From the NCBI RefSeq assembly GCF_964355755.1, contig NC_092672.1, forward strand, positions 34,850,437 through 34,914,436: 64,000 nucleotides of DNA. The letters run 5' to 3'. How positions within the stretch are numbered: the stretch's first letter is position 1; each line of letters begins with the position of its first letter. This DNA comes from Antedon mediterranea (Eukaryota; Animalia; Echinodermata). Made by a program: the position numbers and the translations under genes. Of this stretch, positions 29,201-39,500 are shown in pieces. The notes under the pieces are model-generated. The model saw only the letters and a program-made list of their open reading frames with translations. It searched no databases and was not told where the DNA came from.

Positions 29201-30062
29201 GGGAACGTAAAATCAGGGTACGTAAAACACAGGTTCTACTGTAATAAGAATCAGTAAGATTCTTTCTTTCTTTTCAATTAACGTTGCAACCCCGAATTCC
29301 CGAACAGTTTTTTCACATCCACGCGGTGGCTGCCGTCAACAAATCAACTTGTGATTGCATGTTATGTACAGTATATTAAATGCGTTATGAAAAATCATAA
29401 AACTAGTCATGTAATTATATAATTCATAATGATATGAAGTTTATATATGAATGAAGCAACCATTTTTTAATTACAAAATAAATAGGCCCACTGGTCACGT
29501 CTAACTGGTAGCCCTAGCGTAGATTAGTGGATCCCGCATTAGTAGGCATCTAGGCTAGTTCGCCGTGTGGCGCAGCTATGAAATGATCCATCGCTGTATA
29601 GTCAAAACAAAGAATTGGTATAGTATAGAGTCGACGATTACCTCGCTCTGTGCATGCGCAATAGCGTGTCGGATTCCCTAACGCTGGGCAGTTGGGTTCC
29701 GGTGCCGGAATCCTAACCACGGCGAATAATAAACGCCTAGGCTAGGCATAAAGGGATTTATTTAATATTATTGTTATTCTCTGGGGAGTCAAGGTCAGCT
29801 AGCTGTCCCTCATCCACTATCAGCTGCATCTAGTGTAGTAGGCCTAGTAGTAGTAGTAGCAGTCACTAGGCCTACACTCTGGCCTCTATTATAGAAGTAC
29901 TGTACAGTATGCCTAGGCTAGCCTTACTTTACTAACTAGCTAGGCCTAGGCTAGGCCTAGTAGTAGTAGGCCTACTAGGCCTAGTAGGCCTATCTATCAA
30001 ACATAAACAACAAGGAAGACAATTACGACACCGTGCAAATTACCTTTTCCTTTTATTGCCAT
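5287..30062 (-). CDS. Ankyrin-repeat protein (inversin/ANKRD55-like layout) with a long Pro/Ser-rich disordered C-terminus; ~14 coding exons
   Basis: Approximate exons: 30062-30044 (MAIKGK), 27011-26637, 19055-18927 (DALGRTALMYAV), 17952-17800 (GSTVLHRAV..GRAPIHWA), 17404-17185 (GLTPAMWAC..GRTWIHWA), 16527-16452 (GKTVLHMAA), 15753-15611 (RTCLHLAVINGHGEVVNLLL), 15214-15002, 14323-14024, 8386-8329, 7270-7140, 6786-6478, 6293-~6030, 5927-5562, 5442-5287 (...PRPLGI*). GT-AG sites; phases compatible where checked. Confidence 0.85.
6855..7037 (+). mobile_element. Degenerate 3' fragment of a non-LTR retrotransposon (RTE-X/CR1-like)
   Basis: Broken reading 'AKTN..QSSFFP...RDWNTL', typical of LINE ORF2 C-termini, followed by a short 3' UTR. 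Confidence 0.45.
7473..8215 (+). mobile_element. Candidate solo LTR
   Basis: Starts TGTAAC, ends ACCACA; TATATA box ~7526; AATAAA ~8144; flanks TATAC/TAAAC (5 bp, one mismatch). Confidence 0.4.
10338..11016. mobile_element. PIF/Harbinger-like MITE interrupted by a SINE
   Basis: TIR aggcccaattacactatgacgataacga / tcgttatcgtcctagtgtatgggcct; further inverted arms (taaaccaaaagaaat / atttcttttggttta). Confidence 0.7.
10507..10824 (+). mobile_element. tRNA-derived SINE with Deu/Nin-like central domain
   Basis: A-box tggccgagcgg, B-box ggttcgaggc; core 'ggataaggactataaaccgtaggtcc...ttaaagaacc...gagtagggggttaccccggtgt' resembles the DeuSINE (AmnSINE1/SINE3) domain from memory; (ttcaa)n tail; second copy in window. 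Confidence 0.85.
11320..12345 (+). repeat. Dispersed/tandem ~60-bp repeat inside the Helitron interior
   Basis: 'aattgggcttatcaacaaataaatactttcgttcaaaatgtaaaa' at ~11320, 11552, 11610, 11965, 12190, 12245, 12305. Confidence 0.7.
12374..12520. mobile_element. MITE family A copy
   Basis: agctctgtctatactatcaaact...gtgtagacacaga. Confidence 0.75.
14740..14978 (-). mobile_element. tRNA-derived SINE family B (CORE-like), degenerate
   Basis: Homologous to 44165-44443; minus-strand head 'gcgtgtgacgcagtgtgttggacg...ggttcgaagc'. Confidence 0.7.
15844..16003. mobile_element. MITE family A copy (near full length)
   Basis: TIR agctctgtc.acactatc / gatagtgtagacagagct; TTA/TAA flanks. Confidence 0.85.
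16745..17040 (-). mobile_element. Deu-like SINE, second copy (inverted)
   Basis: Reverse complement of 10507-10824 (e.g. ttctaccaccagaaccatggagtgagtgagcctc). Confidence 0.85.
17978..18302. mobile_element. PIF/Harbinger-like MITE
   Basis: Imperfect TIR aaggccaatacac / gtgtaaattggcctt. Confidence 0.5.
18508..18586 (+). repeat. (GAT)n microsatellite
   Basis: Imperfect gatgatgat run. Confidence 0.9.
19525..19683. mobile_element. MITE family A copy
   Basis: agctctgtctacactat...gatagtgtagacagagct. Confidence 0.85.
20524..24257 (-). mobile_element. Head-to-tail dimer of non-autonomous Helitrons (units 24257-23081 and 23080-20524)
   Basis: Minus strand: A|TCTATATATAAATTTACG...CTAG|TCTATATATAAATTTACG...CTAG|T. 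Both units end in the hairpin ctagatggtacgcgagcgaagcgagcgtgccatctag. AT target, no TSD. Confidence 0.85.
27232..28284. mobile_element. Mutator-like (MULE) non-autonomous element, copy 1: right TIR absent, 9-bp TSD present
   Basis: TAATATTAA|cgccgtggttaggattccggc...gatccatcg|TAATATTAA; interior co-linear with 28426-29593. Confidence 0.8.
27341..27751. mobile_element. P-element-like MITE nested in MULE copy 1
   Basis: Perfect ~31-bp TIR caaagaacttataacacaagaatctcctgttc (CANRG start); 7-bp TSD CTAATAG; internal ~86-bp tandem duplication; absent from MULE copy 2. Confidence 0.8.
28426..29724. mobile_element. Mutator-like (MULE) non-autonomous element, copy 2 (complete)
   Basis: ~80-bp TIRs (cgccgtggttaggattccggcaccggaac.../...gttccggtgccggaatcctaaccacggcg); 9-bp TSD AATAATAAA. 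Confidence 0.88.
28709..29241. mobile_element. Tc1/mariner-pogo-like MITE nested in MULE copy 2
   Basis: TA|cagtagaacct...aggttctactg|TA; empty site 'tgatattaataag' visible in copy 1 (~27923-27935). Confidence 0.88.
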
Positions 30063-30771
30063 AATGTCAAAAACTCAGTTCCATTGAGACTGAAATACAA
30101 TGTTTTATTTTGATTATTCAGTTTGTGCATTCCAATTAAATTTGACGTCCAAATATTTTGTTTTTGTAGCATTCTTTTTCGGAAACTGAAAACCGCCATT
30201 TATTTTCTATTTCAGTGTTTGGACTCGTCGATTATTCGCCAGGGATGTAAATCATAATTCCTAAAGTGTCATTCTGTTGGTGGCGCTAACTAACGCGCGC
30301 GTTTAAATACTGTTACACGTCGACAACTTTGTATAAATACAATGCAAAATCAGTTATAATTATTATGTTGACTTATTGGTTTATTATAGAATGATAGAAA
30401 ATTACGAAAAGAGTGTTTGAAATTAACGTTTTTGTTTTACGGGCACCGGCAAGAACAGTTGTGGACTATCATATATACATTTTATCGCTTCTCGTCACAA
30501 ATTCGAGGCTACCACACCGTACAACATATGTTATTAAATCCCTTGCATATTGCACCGGATCTGATAGACACAATTCACCGGTAGTTCTTCTGCCGATACC
30601 GTGGTATTGATTACATTGTTATTATATAAGTTAGTCAATGTTCACACTTAAAGCAAATCAACTATTGTTCTGTATCAACAAAGGTGGTTCAAATACAAAC
30701 ACGTTTGCGCTCGGCGTTCAGATTATACTGTATCATTGAGGAAAGAGGTGATCAAAATAGACCTACTCAAA
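30063..30771. promoter_or_regulatory. Putative divergent promoter region (ankyrin gene / TMEM79-like gene)
   Basis: Start codons ~710 bp apart, head-to-head; YY1-like AAATGGCGG on minus strand (~30193-30201); CpG-rich palindrome aacgcgcgcgtt (~30292). Confidence 0.4.
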
Positions 30772-31335
30772 ATGTCTCCTAAAAAGGACACCCAATCTGG
30801 AATAATACAAGATGGCATCATAGCACTGATTCTGTTCTCCGTCTACTCATACATCGGGTGGAATTACCTTCCTATTGAGACTACAGGCTTGGATTCTGTA
30901 TTCGATCGTCTGATATTCACCGCGCGCTGGCAAGTATTGGAGGTAGTCCTTCTGTTTACGATGATCATGGTAGTAGCCAACACCCGGTTTAGGAGTGTGG
31001 ACAAAATTGGAGATCCGACTAAACCAATGCCACCATCCCATATCATTACCGTGCATATTCGAGTTCTCCAGAATACTGTGGAGCAGTTGGCTCTGAGAGC
31101 ACCGTTTGAACTCATTCTCTCTACATATCTCGAGCAGACGTCAATGAAACTGATTCCGTTGTTGGTCACGTTTTTTGTGGTAGCAAGGATCATTTTCTGG
31201 GTTGGATACACCCGTGGTCCATTTCAAAGAGCTCTTGGATTTTCAATGACATTTATGCCGACGATGTTGATGATGTTTTTCAATCTGTATTGCTTCTTCA
31301 CCAAAGGAGCAACGTTCGGATTGTCTTCTGCTTAG
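30772..31335 (+). CDS. TMEM79: TMEM79-like / MAPEG-superfamily membrane protein, paralog 1 (intronless)
   Basis: Several hydrophobic helices; motifs 'VHIRVLQNTVEQ', 'LSTYL...KLIPLL', 'ARIIFWVGY' match MAPEG/TMEM79-like proteins; first ATG at 30772. Orthology not tested. Confidence 0.75.
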   Translation: MSPKKDTQSGIIQDGIIALILFSVYSYIGWNYLPIETTGLDSVFDRLIFTARWQVLEVVLLFTMIMVVANTRFRSVDKIGDPTKPMPPSHIITVHIRVLQNTVEQLALRAPFELILSTYLEQTSMKLIPLLVTFFVVARIIFWVGYTRGPFQRALGFSMTFMPTMLMMFFNLYCFFTKGATFGLSSA

Positions 31336-32484
31336 ATTAGACGTCGAGCACCATTTGACATGTCTAAGAAGACATGACGTCAACTTCTGTTCTGGTTATC
31401 GTTGTATTAGTATAGAAGAGACTCTAGGAACTCGCCATTAGAAACGATACCGTACGTCACTGACTATAACTGTACTCTTTCTCTCTGTATGTTCTGGACA
31501 GCAAGCTCTTTTGCTTCTTTCGTCAAACTAGCTGTCGATTACAACTTTCAAAACATTTCTTAGAATGCTTGAATATTATTTTTAAAGCAACATCGTCTCC
31601 TTTTATTACTTAAACGTCATTGGTAGCTGAATAATTATGAATATCACAGTAGTAAATCGAAAATAAAAAACAATTTTGTCATTCATTTTTTAATAGAGTT
31701 GAATAAAAAAAACCAAGCGCAATTGATTTTACTTATTAGTAGGACCACAAAGGAGCGATACATGGCCGGAAGGGGATTACGATAGATGATATTGGCACAA
31801 ACAGCGGATAAAGTACCCAGTGATAGGAAATAATGGAAGAGTATAATCTTTACTTTATTTCATTATCCCATGGATGTATAGCCTTTGAATTTGTTTGATC
31901 TTGAACAGCTGCTTGAAAGAATCATTACCGTATTAAGAAAAATGCATTGAATTGCATGAAAATAACTATATTGCATCGGCCTAATCGTTAATTTTGCAGC
32001 ATAGCCGCCATACAACGGGTAATTTCAATGTATTGGTTAAACCATGGAGATCTTGATTAAATATATGCTGCCTCTTCGATAGTCCAAAAAAGATCTATTG
32101 ATTCACGATCATACTCGACGATTTTAATCAATTGACGGAACGTGTATTGATTTATTCCAGGACCCTAATATCAGATTACACCATTGTGCTATTGTATGTT
32201 CAAATAGAGCAAAGAAAACAGTTCTTTGGTTCAACGGACTATTAAAGCAAAGAAAGGAACGAAAGCGGTTCGGAGTTCGAACATATTTGCAGCCAATTAA
32301 ATCTGACCTTTTCCGTTGTATACCCGGTACAATTGTGTTGTTTTTTAAAGGCGTTGTCGTCTTGCAAAGACTAGTGTAACGGTTGTGCCAACTGTCTAAG
32401 CCTTCTCTTTGACGTGACACAGGACTTCATCGTGAATTCAACAGTACTATAAGGTGAATTACTCAATTACCAACTGACCTCAAA

Positions 32485-33021
32485 ATGACACTTAAATCTG
32501 AAATCGAATCCAGAATCAAGAGAGACAATGCAATTGGATTTCTCCTTCTGGCTGCATATTTTTACGTCGGATGGAACTATATCAATTTCCAGACTTCTAA
32601 TCTGAATGCTGTCCTGGATCGTCTGGTGTACACCGCTCAATGGCAGATACTGGATGTTGGCCTTTTGATTGTCATGATTTTGACGGTTGGTATGACTCGT
32701 GGAAGTGACCTTACAAAAGTTGGAGATCCCACTAAGCCTATGCCAGCATCACACGTCATCAACGTTCATTGCCGAGTTCTCCAGAATACTGTGGAGCAGT
32801 TTGTTATCAGAGCTCCTTCGGAACTCATTCTCTCCACATACTTGGACGCAGGTTGTATGAAGATTATACCATTGCTGGTGATATTGTTTGTGGTTGGAAG
32901 GGTTGTTTATTGGATTGGATACGTCAAAGATCCTTTTAAGAGAGTTTTGGGATTTACATTGACACAGATGCCAACCATCTTCATCGTGTTTTATTGTGTG
33001 TATTCTTTGATAGCAATGTGA
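32485..33021 (+). CDS. TMEM79: TMEM79-like / MAPEG-superfamily membrane protein, paralog 2 (intronless)
   Basis: 178-aa ORF co-linear with paralog 1 (GDPTKPMP.SH, RVLQNTVEQ, ELILSTYL, GRVVYWIGY). Confidence 0.75.
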   Translation: MTLKSEIESRIKRDNAIGFLLLAAYFYVGWNYINFQTSNLNAVLDRLVYTAQWQILDVGLLIVMILTVGMTRGSDLTKVGDPTKPMPASHVINVHCRVLQNTVEQFVIRAPSELILSTYLDAGCMKIIPLLVILFVVGRVVYWIGYVKDPFKRVLGFTLTQMPTIFIVFYCVYSLIAM

Positions 33022-33567
33022 TTCTCTATCTATTATAGGCTATCTATACTATAGGCATTTAATAACTATAACTTCGACATTTCTGTCAGCAACATTCTCG
33101 TTAAATGATCACAATCAGTTAACAGCTTTCTACAGTGTTACAACACATACCCGTATTTCTTCATTTTACTCATCAAGAAAAAAATAAAACGAAATAACTG
33201 GTTGAAACGTCAGATAAACACCATTTTTATTGTGTTTATTATATCTTATAAAATATTCTGTATAATTATGAAGAAATAAATAACATTTTGATCTAAAATA
33301 TTAACAGCATTAACTATCTACAGTAAACTAAAGGAAAATGCGTCAATAGTAAAGCTCATGTTTAAAATGAATTAGAAACATTAAATAAAGTTTTCTTTCT
33401 AAACATTCTGTTTATATTATTATTTTGCTTTCTTTAAAAATGCTAAGTTATCATGTGATCTTCGGTTTTTACATTATTATTAGCGGTTTAGTTATTTTCT
33501 CTTTCGTTAAACATTTGATTATGTACAGAGTGAGGCCTAGATTAAACGCAAACAATAAAATAAAATG

Positions 33568-36500
33568 TCACATTGTATTGAGGAAACTTCCTGGGTATGT
33601 CCAATTTCGTCCAAAATCGAACATCTCTATTGGCAATTGGTTGACCACCGGGTCAGTGTAATTCATAAATTCGTAAGCGCTTCTTCTTCGTTTGTATGAA
33701 GAGCTGAAAGAATAAGTGACAAAGTTTAATACTATTTGTTTTATTACGTAGGTCTAAAATTACTGCGCATGCCCTTGATGATGTCATTACCTACCTGTGT
33801 TTGCATAGGCTTGTCCCATCTTTGAATTCCTAACTGGTCTTTCATTTTTTGCTGAATACACGTTACAAAGAACATTTACTTTTGGTACAAAAATGGCGAT
33901 AAAAATAAGAGTTGAATTTAAAGTTAATCCGACACAAACACTTGCTACCTCATAATCCGTATCGTCTGATAAAACATAGACGCACGTCCACGCGATGACG
34001 CAACATATAGTTGAGACGCACGCAAGAAAAATGAATCTCGCCTCGCTATTTACACTTGATGAACTTAAAGCTCCAAAAGATGATATTAATGAAAATAATA
34101 CTAGAAAGCAAGCGTACGATAAAGATATAACTAAATCCAGTTTTTCGAAGGAGCACAGTGTCTCGTTATTTGAATTTAAAACAGTTGATGGATGTTCAAG
34201 AATCAGCCATTCGACAACCAACACAATTTCCGCCATTAAAAATACAAAGAAAAATAGAGTTTGTGATGAAGCACCAATAAATCCGATTGGTTCTTCCGGA
34301 ACCAAACGACGACGTAGTCTATTAATCCGGATGATTTTAACTGATAGTGCAGAGAAGACGATGGCATACACAAAACTGACACCAACTCGTCTTATACCGC
34401 AAACGATTACTGTAGGTTTGACCATAAATGGTAAATTCATTACATACATCAATATCAATCCAATAATTAGCCAGATACTCAGGTTAAGAGATGCTTCAAT
34501 GACAACAGTGTGACGTCTGTAGTAAAATAAGTAACCAGCAACTAACAAAATCAATGCAGCAAATGTTGCAGAAGCCGCCAAAACGATGGTTACCCAGTAG
34601 CCTTCAACATTCCAGACGATACTTTCACTGTCATCAGGTTCATTAGTTTCGCCGGTTGTTTCTGGTGATGACGTCTTGCAATTGCAGAGCGTACCAACAG
34701 GACATGTCGACGTTCTTACACCCTCTTGGAGATTGCCATTGATGTCGTACGACTTGATCTTGGTAACATCAATTAGTAGCGTTCCAGACAGTATACTTCC
34801 AACCTTAAAATGAAATGTCATTTGGTACGGTAATTAAACATACACAAAGGACGACAGTCATGACCTTTGTTTCAGGGTAAGCTAGGCCTATATGGACTAA
34901 TACTTGTTGATGCTATAATACTGTACCTGTATTTCTTTGGCATTCTGATCACCTATCTGATTAAAAATAACAATCTCGTCTTCAATCTCTCCCTCATTAA
35001 ACTTGATAGATTCTTCGCTGATTGGTGGATGAATTTCAACATTTGCTAATGTATTGTATATACCCTTTGAATCAGGTTCCAAAAATTCCCTGCATATCGA
35101 CATTGCATTCTCTTTACAAAGAGTAGAAAGTCTGTTGTGAGCTGCTTGCGCAATCATATATACAGATTTAATCGTTTCAGCAACCAGATCTGATATACGA
35201 AGAAGAGATTCATCAACGCTTGTTAAGGTCAAGCCTTTTTCACATATTGGGACGGGAGACGTAAATTCATCTTCAAGTCTACAATTAGCTAGTATTTCAA
35301 AATACTCTCTAAACCAAGGATTTCCATGATCGTCAAGTGGATTGATGTTTTTCAGATACGTCTCAAATTCAGTAAGATCATACTTGTATTGTCTTCTTGT
35401 GGATAATGTTGCTATTGGTGAGTTCTTAAAAGCTGTGACGTCATGGATGCTTGGAAATGATCCTACCCACATTACATTGGCTTCATTTGTTCCAAAGGTA
35501 GCTCTGCTTTCGAGCAGCATAGAAAAATGGCCGTCAGACAAGAACGCAACTGCCACGCCTACTTCTGATGTTGATATTTCTGAAATGATTCCATCAAACT
35601 GCAAACGACTTCCATCTTCTGGTATTCCCTTATTCACGGCTATACAAACACCAAGATATTCTATTTCTTTTGTAAATTGCTCAGCTTGAAATCGTTCATA
35701 ATCTGCGTCTGTGTATACAATTGCTATGTATGTCCAATTGAAGTAAATCACTAGCTCCTTTAGAGTAGAGAAAGTTGGTAGTTGGCTTTGTTTGGTAAAG
35801 ATATGATACGGCGCTGATGATGTTGATGCACTTTCGTTATCAAACACAGACGGACTGATCTAAAATGATAATATTTCGACGATAATCTATGTACAAACTA
35901 TAACATTGGTTAAAATGTATGACCAATTACATATTTTATTTTGATACAACAGATATGAAATTTAAACGTTTTTAATTTTAGATCCTGATTAGTTCAGAAC
36001 ATAAGACATGAATTATAGGCATAAGAACGGAAATAATCAATTCTGTAGTAGGCCTAATGATTTTGTTAGTCTTTTTTTTAATAATATTTTACTCACGGCG
36101 GTAAAGCCCAGTATGTTTACAGCATTCGGAACTATAGCAGAAGCCACCACTGAATCAACAGGTCCAATGACAGCAAAGTCATGGCCGTACCGACTAGAAT
36201 TACCAACAATATTCACGAACTGATCATACGCCATCAATGTGCTCCCGCAGTAATCAGCAACGGCTGCCCCAAGATTCAGCCCAGGCAATATGTTATTGTC
36301 TCCATTGATTTTATCCATTGCGTAAATCAAAGCCTGCACTGCTACAACTTCCTCTAGGTTCAAGCTGCCACACCTCAAAGCTGAGGAACCAGCAGTGTGT
36401 GTTGAAAATAAAGCGGGAATAACGATGTCTCCATCAATTATCGACAGCTTAGGGTTTTCGTTAGAGCATGGAAGAGTTTTGTAAGGACATTCTGATGCTA

Positions 36501-39500
36501 CATTTTCAAACTCGGCAACGTTTAATCCTTCTAACCCGACACCATCTTTCCAGGATCCGATCTAAAAAGCAACATATGACAAAAGTTACACATTGGAACG
36601 AAATGAAGAGGAAAACTCTATGAGTTATTTTGAATTTCCGCTGACATCGAGTGTATTTAGTTTAATAGTAAATAGCTTACAGTCTGGTAGCCGAATTCCG
36701 AATTAAGTTCCTCAAATTTGTTGACGTCATACACAGCCGAATTTACTTGTCCATTTTCATCAAATGCGACATCTGACCCACTCAAACTTTCAACCATCGT
36801 TTCATTGATATGAGAGAGCCACTCATCCATTGATACCGATTGTAAATCTTTACAGATAGTACCCACTTCAGGACACTTGTCGCGTATCAACATATCTAAC
36901 GCTGTAGAAAGAACGTACACAGCATCTATAACACTGGAAATAGTGCGACTTTGGGCATCCGTTGCGCTTAAGACATCTGAATCTATGGAAAGTAGTAAAA
37001 GTATACATACATTATACGGCAACATATCATATATTGTTCTAAAATACAACTTACTACTACTGCCGGTATACTTCTTCTCTTAAAATGTACAGTTTAGAAC
37101 GAAGTAAATACACCTTAAAATGTAAAACTGTAAATCACTTTTATAATTAGAATGTCATATTAATTAATCTTATACCATACTTTACAATATTTTTATATTT
37201 ACGCGGCTACTCAACATCTAATCCATGTAATAAATAAATCATTCGATTTGAGTGTATGAGTCACAGAATGCGTCAAAATGTATGGAAGGCCAAACCTGTG
37301 CATAATTCGTCATAGAGGATTGGTTGACCCGGTAATTGGCAGTTGTAGCGTCCCATCCAGAATTCTGCGAACCACGGATCAGCAGAATTGTTTGGTTGTA
37401 ATCCGGTAAAATAAGATTCAAATTCTGAATTGACCAGAGATTTTGGAGAGATGGTTATTGAATCTGAAAGTGACGAAAAACCAAAGATAAAATTGTATTT
37501 ATGAAGTATGACTCATTGGAAAATCAAATCATAGTAAAAAATATATTTTCAGTTTCCATTTTAAATCGGCGAATAATTATTTCTGTTTTAAATTAATATA
37601 TTGTATTTACTCTTGGCGACTGATTTAACACCAACTACAGCTGATGAGTCTAAACCCCATTTGTCTGAAGCCAAAATCTGAAATGTCTGCTCTAGTCCGG
37701 CACGATCAATGGCTCTAAGGAACTGGTTTACTTCTTGAAACTCCAAAAAGACAACAATGACGTCGGATGTTGGATACGCCAGTAATTTGTATATTACGTC
37801 ATCATCGAAAGAGGCGTCTTCGTCTACAACAATTGAGTTTGCAACAAAGATATCGGCCTGTTTGGAAAAAAATATTACTGAATTAATACTTCTTCAACTT
37901 CTTCGAACTTGGTGAAAGAGATCATAAATGGTGCTACGAAAATTTTACAATTTGATATGTTTACTGTTTATTTAAGACTTATTTTACCTTAGCGGCAAGA
38001 TCTTTCAAAGTTTTCACGGCTTCATTTGCATATTGACCTTCTAGAATTTGAATATATTTATATTCAGCTTGTAAAAGAACATCAACCAAAACTCTTGCTT
38101 GTTTTTGGTCAGTGCCAACAACATGATAGAAGTTAACAAGGTCAGCAGTAGATGCAGTTGAAAGTTGTCCAATCTGGACCATGTCAACTGCAGCTAGTTG
38201 CTGGTTGACCGATCTAGTGAGGTCATTCCTATCTGCGCCAATAGCCCCGATTGCATACTGTTGATTTCCGCTTTGTTCTCTATTCATAAAAAGTTCTTCT
38301 GTTTGTTGGAACCCGGATGTGAACTGATACGTTTGAGAACCTGCTATTCTGCTATCGGAGCACGTGTCATACGCTTCCATACCAATTGTCACATTTGGAA
38401 GAATGTTCTCATTGTTATTTATCGTCTGGATAGCATACAACATCGCCTGCATTCGAACGTACCCGGATGTCTTGAAAACACTACAATTGACGTCATGAAT
38501 GGAAAACATCCCTGCGAAAATGACATCACCATATATAATAAATGATTTAGCTGAGCTCGAAAGACATATTGTGCAAGAGTCTGGACAAGTTGAAATTGAA
38601 ATGTCTTCAAGCTGCGTGGATGAATTCCATAACTGTAGGTTATTGATATCAAGTGTTATTCCTGTATCTGTGTTCCATTCACCAACCTACAATATAACAA
38701 AATATATAACAATAGATATTAAAAGGACACCTTCTGGACCAACGTCTTAATAGGGGTAACTACTGAATAAAAAAGTTGGCTGTAGTACATGTACGTTACA
38801 ACATCATATTGACATTCGTTCATTTTACGGGAAAGTATCCCCTGAATAGGAGTACCAAAAGAAGAGTAATCGAAGTACAGTAGTTCTGTACAGATCTTTA
38901 TTAATAACAGTATTTCATTCATTTTCTTTATTTCGAATAGTACATCCGTATACAAATCATACAAAAGAACAAAAAGAGAAACAATTTCACCAGGAAATTG
39001 ACAATATAAGCAACTTCCACAAAACCAACCAACAATAACCTAAAATACTAATTTGCACCAACGCTGATGTAGGTTGGATTGTGGAAGTACGTTAACTATG
39101 GTTTGAATTAGATAAAAACATAAATAGGTTAGGATACATAGGATATTTACTTTTATAAATCTAGATTTTAATCAACCAACCTTAACTAAGGTACTATTTC
39201 CATTATTATCCAATTGTACATTGTGAATATCAAACTCGACATGCTTCGGTTCTCCATTATCTTTAAACACAATCGTCTGATTCAAGGCACCTGTAAAATC
39301 ATCTGTCAAAAGTGTACTCAACAAACTTTGGCCAGCCGCTGAACCAAATCGTTCACATATTCCCACGGTTTCGCCACACAATTCCTGGTGAAGTTTTGCT
39401 AACGCTTCAGCATATATAAACACAGCATCGATTATATTTGAAACGATGACGTCAACATTGTTAAACGTCTCTGATGTAAACTCCGTTGATTTGTTACATG

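Noticed and set aside
33995-35689. Plus-strand ORFs 33995-34513 and 35342-35689 (also 182-496, 1214-2052, 30847-31211 and similar)
   Set aside because: Antisense or off-frame shadows of real coding exons with no recognisable motifs.
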